From: a bacterium
Lineage (GTDB): Bacteria > UBP7 > UBA6624 > JBBIMK01
Assembly (NCBI GenBank): GCA_037444445.1
Contig: JBBIMK010000049.1
Location: 1 to 5,739 of the forward strand
Length of the DNA stretch: 5,739 nucleotides
Direction of reading: 5' to 3'
A program made the translations under genes and the position numbers. This document shows, piece after piece, positions 1-5,277 of the stretch; position 1 is the first letter of the stretch, and each line of letters begins with the position of its first letter. The notes below the pieces were generated by a model. That model was not told the origin of the DNA, searched no databases, and saw only the letters and a program-made list of their open reading frames with translations.

Positions 1-10
1 GGAAACTGGT

Positions 11-16
11 TATAAT
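11..16 (+). promoter_or_regulatory. candidate -10 box (TATAAT) upstream of the DinB-family gene
   Basis: Perfect TATAAT at 11-16. This would put a transcription start around 23, just before GGAGG (24-28) and ATG 37. The -35 position lies outside the window, so it cannot be assessed. Confidence 0.2.
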
Positions 17-36
17 GGAGGGTGGAGGCGATTGGA

Positions 37-519
37 ATGACGAAAGAAGTTTTGATGGGTATGATGAGTTATTTTGATATGGTGCACGGGGTCACCCGGA
101 AGGCGGTGGCGAAAATACCCGATGAGAAACTGGACTGGCGCCCTACACCGGAGGTTCGCTCGTTGAAGGAACTCGTCGCCCACATCTACGAATGTGAGAG
201 GGTTTTTGCCAGAGGAGCGAAGAAGGGCACCCTGGAGGAGGAGGATTTCGCCCGGGAAGGGGAACGGGTGAAGGCCTTGAACACCGTTCAAGACCTGATT
301 AATTATGGGCAAGAAGCCCATCAGGAGGCGATGGAGATTGCGAGTTCCCTGACAGATGAGGATATGCGGAAAACGGTGAAGTGTTTTTGGGGTGATGAGC
401 AACCCTTCATCCTGTTCTCATCGGCCTACGACGAGCACTGGCACCACCGGGGGCAACTGTATGTGTATCTCCGCCTTTTAGGCATTGAGCCTCCTAATCT
501 GTATGACTACTCAAAATAG
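37..519 (+). CDS. DinB-family (DinB/YfiT-like four-helix-bundle, putative metal-dependent) protein
   Basis: The ORF track gives 22..519 with a GTG start. I prefer the in-frame ATG at 37 because GGAGG at 24-28 sits 8 nt upstream. The C-terminal DEHWHHRGQLYVYLRLLG contains the HHRGQ signature typical of DinB-family proteins, and an earlier His lies in LVAHIYECE. Stop is TAG at 517-519. Confidence 0.75.
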   Translation: MTKEVLMGMMSYFDMVHGVTRKAVAKIPDEKLDWRPTPEVRSLKELVAHIYECERVFARGAKKGTLEEEDFAREGERVKALNTVQDLINYGQEAHQEAMEIASSLTDEDMRKTVKCFWGDEQPFILFSSAYDEHWHHRGQLYVYLRLLGIEPPNLYDYSK

Positions 520-547
520 GGAAGAGGGAAAAGGGTAAACAGAAGAA

Positions 548-1078
548 ATGGGAAGGCGGATATGCCGGGATAGTGGCTTGGCTATTGTTTTGGTGTGGGG
601 TGCTTTTCTAACGGCGTGCGGGGGGAAGGGGGCGAAGGTGCCTCTGGAGTCTATCTCGGTGGGCGGTATCTCCGTGGGTATGGACAGGGAATCTGCCGTG
701 AACCTGACGGGATGTAAATGGGAAACATACGCGGGGACGGCATTAAGAGGAGCAACCGCCTATGTTTGCCCGGAGGGGAGCCTGAAGTTAGACCTTCAGC
801 CTATGGGGCTGTCTGCCGAGGCAACTGCCCGCACGAAAGTCTATGCCCGGGTAAAATCCACAAAGGTTTCTGGCTTTGCCCTCTCTATAGAGTCGCCTGC
901 GATGGTGTCGTTAGAGGCTTTGACCTCTGCCCTCGTGAATTACTACGAAAAGGTTATCGGAAAGCCTCCCGAGCGGAGGGGAAATACTTATAACTGGAGG
1001 GTGGGGAAGAAGACCTTTTTCATCCAGCTGGACGAAGAAAACTCCCGGGTTCTCATTGCCACCTTTCCCCAGGTCTGA
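548..1078 (+). CDS. predicted lipoprotein, function unknown
   Basis: N-terminus is MGRRICRDSGLAIVLVWGAFLTACGGKG. It has a basic n-region, a hydrophobic h-region and a lipobox L-T-A-C with Cys24. I recognise no family in the mature part. It starts 28 nt after the DinB-family stop, so it is probably co-transcribed. The SD is weak (AAGGG about 12 nt upstream). Confidence 0.6.
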   Translation: MGRRICRDSGLAIVLVWGAFLTACGGKGAKVPLESISVGGISVGMDRESAVNLTGCKWETYAGTALRGATAYVCPEGSLKLDLQPMGLSAEATARTKVYARVKSTKVSGFALSIESPAMVSLEALTSALVNYYEKVIGKPPERRGNTYNWRVGKKTFFIQLDEENSRVLIATFPQV

Positions 1079-1123
1079 TTGAAAAGTGGTTGGGTAAAAT
1101 AAAGAGGTGTCTGTATTTTTCGT

Positions 1124-2299
1124 TCATTTGCCACGAATTTGAAAAAGAATCGGTATGGCAGTGAGTTGTAGAACCACAGAGAACAAGATCAGATAGAGCG
1201 GTGAGAGGTCATACAGAATGCCCATCAGGGCGCTACCGAGGAACCAGGCGGTGCCATAGCCGGCGTTAAAGATTCCATAAGCGGTGCCTCTGTATTCCAC
1301 AGGGGCTATATCGGCGATGGCGGCTCTCATAATGGATTCCTGGGCTCCCATTCCGACGCCCCAGAGGGCAGTGCCGACAACCGCTACAGGGAAGTTTCCC
1401 AGAAACACCAGCGGAGCAAAGAAGGAGGAGAGAGAAGCGGAAAGGGCGAGGGTGGCTTTCCCCAGCCGGTCATACAGCCACCCGAAGAACAATGCTGAGA
1501 AAGCGTCCACACCCATTGCCACCGCATACAACAGGGGGATATAGAGAACGGGGACTATCTCCCTTTTCTGGAAATGGAATGCCATCAATTGGAAGTCAGC
1601 ATAACCTGCGGCGATGAAAGCCACAGCCAACAGATACAGCCAGAAGGTGGAGGGGAAGCGGGTGAAACCCTGAGGGGTAAGTGGAGGAGTAATGGGCTCC
1701 AGGCGGCGTGGCTCGGGGTAAAGATACCGAGCGGTCAACAGCAACAAAAGAGCGATGAGTGCGGGAACCAGCAGGATGGCGAAGCCGGTCCGATAGCCAC
1801 CTTTGAAATAGAGGACTCCGGTAACGATAAGGGGACCGAGGACTGCGCCAATCTGGTCCATCGCCTCGTGGAAGCCGAATCCTCGCCCTCGTCCAACCTG
1901 CTTCGTAGCGTAAGAGAGCATGGCATCCCGTGCAGGGGTGCGCAGCCCTTTACCCATACGTTCTCCGATGATCAGGATGGTGGCAATTTCCCATCGCCCC
2001 GTTAAAGCCAGCATAGGCACGGCCAGCAGATTGATGAAATATCCCCATAGGGTGATGGTCCAGTATTTCCCCGTTCGGTCTGTGAGATAGCCCGAAAGAA
2101 GGCGGAGGGCATACCCCACCAGTTCACCTGTTCCCGCCAGGAAGCCCACGATGGTCCCCGTGGCTCCCAGTGTGAAGAGATACTGCCCGGTAATGCTTCT
2201 CGCGCCCTCATAGGTTACATCTGCAAAAAGGCTCACCAGTCCTAAAAGGAAGATGAACTTCCACGCCCTTGCCGCTAAATTAACCTTTTCTCCTGTCAC
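1124..2299 (-). CDS. major facilitator superfamily (MFS) transporter
   Basis: 391 aa and hydrophobic throughout, with roughly 11-12 predicted TM stretches by eye. MFS motif A-like GYLTDRTGKYW lies in the TM2-TM3 loop. GTG start at 2299 follows AGGTGG with a 9-nt spacer. It is convergent with the lipoprotein gene across a 45-nt gap. Confidence 0.85.
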   Translation of the reverse strand: MTGEKVNLAARAWKFIFLLGLVSLFADVTYEGARSITGQYLFTLGATGTIVGFLAGTGELVGYALRLLSGYLTDRTGKYWTITLWGYFINLLAVPMLALTGRWEIATILIIGERMGKGLRTPARDAMLSYATKQVGRGRGFGFHEAMDQIGAVLGPLIVTGVLYFKGGYRTGFAILLVPALIALLLLLTARYLYPEPRRLEPITPPLTPQGFTRFPSTFWLYLLAVAFIAAGYADFQLMAFHFQKREIVPVLYIPLLYAVAMGVDAFSALFFGWLYDRLGKATLALSASLSSFFAPLVFLGNFPVAVVGTALWGVGMGAQESIMRAAIADIAPVEYRGTAYGIFNAGYGTAWFLGSALMGILYDLSPLYLILFSVVLQLTAIPILFQIRGK

Positions 2300-2364
2300 T
2301 TATCCCATCCACCTTCTACAATACTACACCACCACCTCTACCTCTTTCACTTCTAACATACAAT
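2296..2364 (-). other. 69-nt tract with no G on the + strand (C-free in mRNA sense) covering the MFS gene leader
   Basis: Hand scan finds no G between + strand positions 2296 and 2364. In mRNA sense the tract is A/G/U only, with repeated GAGGU and GGUGG elements, for example GGUAGAGGUGGUGG (reverse complement of 2329-2342). Confidence 0.5.
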
Positions 2365-2444
2365 GAAAGACATTTATATCCGTTATATTTTCATAAAATT
2401 GTTAAGTTTGTTCATTGAAGTTTGCATTTTTCACGAAAATATGT

Positions 2445-2473
2445 CATCATTATCAATGGTGATGGACTTTTTT
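2445..2473. terminator. weak hairpin plus T6, possible bidirectional terminator after the kinase-helicase gene
   Basis: CATCATTA-tcaa-TGGTGATG at 2445-2464 gives 8 bp on the + strand if two G-U pairs are allowed. Only 5 perfect pairs form on the - strand. GAC then TTTTTT (2468-2473) follows on the + strand. On the - strand the hairpin is followed by ACAUAUUUUC. It lies 28 nt beyond the stop at 2493-2495. The stem is AT-rich and of low stability. Confidence 0.25.
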
Positions 2474-2492
2474 GAGATGTGGAAGACTGATT

Positions 2493-5213
2493 TTATCGGG
2501 CGAGGAGTTCTTTCAGGAAGCGGGAGGGCTTGCCTTCCCGATAGCCCCGCTGTCGGGCGGAGTAGGTGAGATAGAGTCTCTGGGAAGCCCGGGTGATGCC
2601 CACATAACATAGACGACGCTCTTCTTCAATCTCTTCTTCTTTCGCCGTCCATAATGGGATTTCACCCTCCACCATTCCGGTGAGGAATACGACGGGAAAT
2701 TCCAGACCTTTCACGGAATGAAGGGTGCAGAGGTTGACTCCTTCCTCCTCTTCAAATAATCCAGAATCTTTCAGAACCTGAATATAGTGGAGGAAGCCCG
2801 CCAGTGTTTTCTCTTTTGATTTTCTCTCAAAATCCATAGCGGTATTCAGTAGTTCCTGAAGGTTTTCCATCATCGTTAGAAAGGAGCCGCGAGACTGAAC
2901 CCCTGGTTGAAGTTGCAGTTCCTGAAGGATGAGGGAGAGGGTTTTATAGGGTGTGAGTTGGTGTTTACTGGCGTTGAGTTCCCGGATGAGGTTCAGAGGG
3001 CGAGATAGAGGATGAGGTGGAGGGAGGATTTCCTCCTCCTTCCTGACGACTTTCGGCTGTTGCTCCACCACTTTCCACAGGGCTTCCCACAGGGATAAAC
3101 CTTTGCGGAGAAGGGGAAACACCTGGCGCCACACCTGTTTCAAGGGCTCAGGGTTGGGGAATGCGAGCATGCGTTTGAGATGTTCATCATCCTGGGGGTT
3201 CTCAATGGCATAGAGGTAACTCAACAGCGCCAGGACTTCATCCCTCTGGTAGAAGGAAGGGGAGAAGAGAATGGAATAGGGGATGCGCAGGGAGGAGAAG
3301 GTATCTTCAAACAGGCGGGAGCGTGCGTTGACCCGATAGAGGATGGCAAGGTCGCTGAAGTTATAGCCATCTTCTTTTAATCGTTTGACTTCCTGAGCCA
3401 CGAAAAAGGCTTCCTCTTCCGGGGTAGAGAAGCCCTGGAGGAAGATATTTTCGCCCGCGGTGGATACCGGGGTTTTCAGGGTGAAAATCAATTTGTCCTG
3501 CCGGAGGTTATTGTGGGCAATCAAGTTATGAGCGGCTTGCAGGATTTCCCTGGACAGGCGGAAGGAGCGGGTGAGAGAATAGGTGGTGGCGCCGGGGAAA
3601 TGCTCCTGAAAGTTCTGGAGATATGTCGGCGAGGCGCCCCGCCATTCATAGATGGACTGGTCGTCATCGCCGGTGGCGTATAGAATGGCATTCTTCCCCA
3701 GCAAAAGTTTCAGGATGAGAATCTGGGCGGCATTCAAATCCTGGAATTCATCTACGAGGAAGGCTTTAAAGTGGTTCTGGTAAAACAGTTGCAGGTCAGT
3801 ATATTTCTGGAGGAGGTGGACGGTGTAATAGAGGACATCGTCAAAAGTGAGACAGTTGCGATGGCGGAGGTATTCATCCGTGGCTTCCCAGAAGTGGTGA
3901 AGGAATTTGCCCCAGGCGCCCGGGTGTTCCTTCATCAGGTCGGCGGGCTTCAGTAGCCTGGCTTTCGCCTTCTGGATGGTTCGCCAGACCGTTTCCGGGC
4001 GGGGGGTGGATTTGAACCTCTCCAGCACTGCTTTTGCCACATCCAGTTCATCCTCCGGCAGGACGATGTGGATGTCAGGATGGAAGCCCATACGCCCCAG
4101 GTCTCGCTTGAGTATCCGCAGGCAGAGATGATGAAAGTTGCCCAGCCACAGGTTCTCCGTCGTGGAGCCCAGGAGTTTTTCCAGCCGCTTCTCTATGTCT
4201 TTCCAGGCTTTCGTTGTGAAAGTAACGATGAAGATTTCTGTGGGTTTGAACCCTTGATTCTGGAGCAAATCCACCGATTTTGCGATGAGGGCGTAGGTCT
4301 TCCCGGTGCCGGGACCTCCGACAACGAGGAGCCTGCGCTCTTCAGAAGTGACTGCCAGCCTTTGCTCCTCCGTGAGGGTCTGTAAAAAGGCGGATTCCGA
4401 ATTCAGGGCTGTTTTCACCGTTAAAACGGGGATGGGAATAGTAGTAGGATGAAGGGCTTTCAGAAACGCCTCACAGGAAGGGAAGCGAAAAGCAGGGTCC
4501 GGGGAGAGGGCTTTTTTCAGTGCCTCCCGAAGGTAAGAGGGCAATTGAGAGAGAGAGTCTAAGGGAATGGGGGTCTCCGCTCTTCTCTTCATTTCACTCA
4601 GGGAACTGGCAAACAGAGGGTTGATGCCCGTTAACAGTTCATACAGGATTAAAGCGGTGGAATACTGGTCGGAGGCAGGGGAATGCTCGCCCCGCCAGGC
4701 TTCCGGCGCCATATAGGAGGGCGTGCCTGCAATGCTTACAGAGATATGCTGAGCCAAAAGTTTCGCCAGCCCGAAATCGGTTAATTTTATCCCACCCGCC
4801 GGTGTGACCAGCACATTCTCCGGCTTCACATCACGGTGGATAATCCCGCTGGAATGGGCATAGTGGAGAGCCTGGAGGATGGGGATGACCAGTTGAAGCG
4901 CCCGCCCGACAGCCATAGGGCTTTCCTTCTGCATCACCTTCCTCAGAGACTGCCCCTCTATGAACTCTGTGACAATCACCAGATGCTTCTCTATCCGCTC
5001 CACCGTGTAGAAACGAAGGATATGAGGATGGTCCAGGGAGGCAATAATTCTCGCTTCCTCGAGGTAAGGGGACACATCCTCTGCCTCATCCCTGCTGACC
5101 TTCAGGGCAAAATCCTTCTTCAGCAGGGTATCCTCCACTCGGTAGACATCGCCGAACCTTCCCCCGCCCACCCACTTCTTCACCTGATACTTTCCAAACT
5201 TCTGCGGAATCAT
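2493..5213 (-). CDS. fusion protein: N-terminal Hanks-type Ser/Thr protein kinase plus C-terminal UvrD/PcrA/Rep-like SF1A helicase
   Basis: Single uninterrupted 906-codon ORF. Kinase motifs are GGGRFG, FALKV (K38), HRDVKPEN, DFG and GTPSYMAPE. Helicase motifs are LTEEQRLAV, GGPGTGKT, VTFTTKA, DEFQD, GDDDQSIYEWRGA, LTRSFR, LHSVKGLEF, RRLCYVGITRA and C-terminal PSRFL. ATG 5213 is the first start after an in-frame TAG (5229-5231). Its own SD is poor, with GAAAGG abutting the ATG. Confidence 0.9.
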   Translation of the reverse strand: MIPQKFGKYQVKKWVGGGRFGDVYRVEDTLLKKDFALKVSRDEAEDVSPYLEEARIIASLDHPHILRFYTVERIEKHLVIVTEFIEGQSLRKVMQKESPMAVGRALQLVIPILQALHYAHSSGIIHRDVKPENVLVTPAGGIKLTDFGLAKLLAQHISVSIAGTPSYMAPEAWRGEHSPASDQYSTALILYELLTGINPLFASSLSEMKRRAETPIPLDSLSQLPSYLREALKKALSPDPAFRFPSCEAFLKALHPTTIPIPVLTVKTALNSESAFLQTLTEEQRLAVTSEERRLLVVGGPGTGKTYALIAKSVDLLQNQGFKPTEIFIVTFTTKAWKDIEKRLEKLLGSTTENLWLGNFHHLCLRILKRDLGRMGFHPDIHIVLPEDELDVAKAVLERFKSTPRPETVWRTIQKAKARLLKPADLMKEHPGAWGKFLHHFWEATDEYLRHRNCLTFDDVLYYTVHLLQKYTDLQLFYQNHFKAFLVDEFQDLNAAQILILKLLLGKNAILYATGDDDQSIYEWRGASPTYLQNFQEHFPGATTYSLTRSFRLSREILQAAHNLIAHNNLRQDKLIFTLKTPVSTAGENIFLQGFSTPEEEAFFVAQEVKRLKEDGYNFSDLAILYRVNARSRLFEDTFSSLRIPYSILFSPSFYQRDEVLALLSYLYAIENPQDDEHLKRMLAFPNPEPLKQVWRQVFPLLRKGLSLWEALWKVVEQQPKVVRKEEEILPPPHPLSRPLNLIRELNASKHQLTPYKTLSLILQELQLQPGVQSRGSFLTMMENLQELLNTAMDFERKSKEKTLAGFLHYIQVLKDSGLFEEEEGVNLCTLHSVKGLEFPVVFLTGMVEGEIPLWTAKEEEIEEERRLCYVGITRASQRLYLTYSARQRGYREGKPSRFLKELLAR
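2514..4376 (-). other. UvrD/PcrA-like helicase module (about residues 280-900)
   Basis: Walker A GGPGTGKT is at residues 299-306 (nt 4296-4319). Motif II DEFQD is at 488-492 (nt 3738-3752). Motif III is at 515-527 and motif VI VGITRA at 871-876 (nt 2586-2603). The spacing between motifs Ia-II and IV-V fits 1B and 2B insert domains as in UvrD. No nuclease domain is appended. Confidence 0.85.
4452..5189 (-). other. Hanks-type Ser/Thr kinase module (about residues 9-254)
   Basis: G-loop is at nt 5151-5168, K38 at 5100-5102, HRD at 4830-4838, DFG at 4770-4778 and APE at 4701-4709. Subdomain IX Asp (SDQYS) and subdomain XI Arg (AFRF) are present. No catalytic residue is substituted, so it does not look like a pseudokinase. 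Confidence 0.85.
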
Positions 5214-5228
5214 CCTTTCATCTACTCG

Positions 5229-5272
5229 CTATGCCAGAGGGAAATCCGAAATACGAAGCACGAAATCCTCCT
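5229..5272 (-). promoter_or_regulatory. strong SD (AGGAGGA) plus a 10-codon GTG uORF in the kinase-helicase leader
   Basis: On the - strand, AGGAGGA (5272-5266) is followed by a 5-nt spacer between GGAGG and the GTG (5261-5259). The uORF reads GTG CTT CGT ATT TCG GAT TTC CCT CTG GCA TAG (MLRISDFPLA), with the stop at 5231-5229. It is in the same frame as the kinase ATG, which lies 15 nt further on. Confidence 0.3.
5241..5268 (-). repeat. four tandem heptamers
   Basis: On the + strand: GAAATCC (5241-5247), GAAATAC (5248-5254), GAAGCAC (5255-5261) and GAAATCC (5262-5268). In mRNA sense these read GGAUUUC GUGCUUC GUAUUUC GGAUUUC. The repeat is certain; its function is unknown. Confidence 0.6.
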
Positions 5273-5277
5273 GTTCA

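Noticed and set aside
10-402. 130-aa ORF on the - strand
   Set aside because: It lies entirely antisense to the DinB-family CDS, which has recognisable motifs. Its product is low-complexity, rich in His, Pro and Leu. It is a shadow ORF.
718-993. 91-aa + strand ORF inside the lipoprotein gene
   Set aside because: It is an alternative frame fully nested within 548..1078 and has no SD. Its product is Arg/Gly/Cys/Pro-rich, typical of an off-frame read.
1096-1119. Possible terminator between the convergent lipoprotein and MFS genes
   Set aside because: The only stem is a 6-bp all-A/T pairing (AAAATA / TATTTT) with a 12-nt loop. That is too weak to call an intrinsic terminator.
1284-2211. ORFs 1284..1544(+), 1574..2005(+), 1735..1926(-) and 2002..2211(-)
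   Set aside because: All are nested in or antisense to the MFS transporter CDS, whose hydrophobic profile and motif A explain the region. None has start-site support.
2363-2569. 68-aa + strand ORF starting in the AT-rich spacer (MKDIYIRYIFIKLL...)
   Set aside because: Its Ile/Phe/Lys/Tyr-rich N-terminus is what AT-rich non-coding DNA translates to. Its last 77 nt run antisense into the 3' end of the kinase-helicase. The hairpin plus T6 at 2445-2473 sits in the middle of it. A small hydrophobic toxin-like peptide cannot be excluded, but nothing supports one.
3180-4385. ORFs 3180..3380, 3771..3956, 3907..4131 and 4068..4385 on the + strand
   Set aside because: They are antisense shadow ORFs inside the helicase module of the 906-aa CDS.
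4377-4451. Idea that the kinase-helicase fusion is an artefact of two adjacent genes
   Set aside because: The frame is continuous through the linker (HPTTIPIPVLTVKTALNSESAFLQ). There is no stop, no internal SD plus start context, and no homopolymer at the junction. Read-level confirmation is still advisable.
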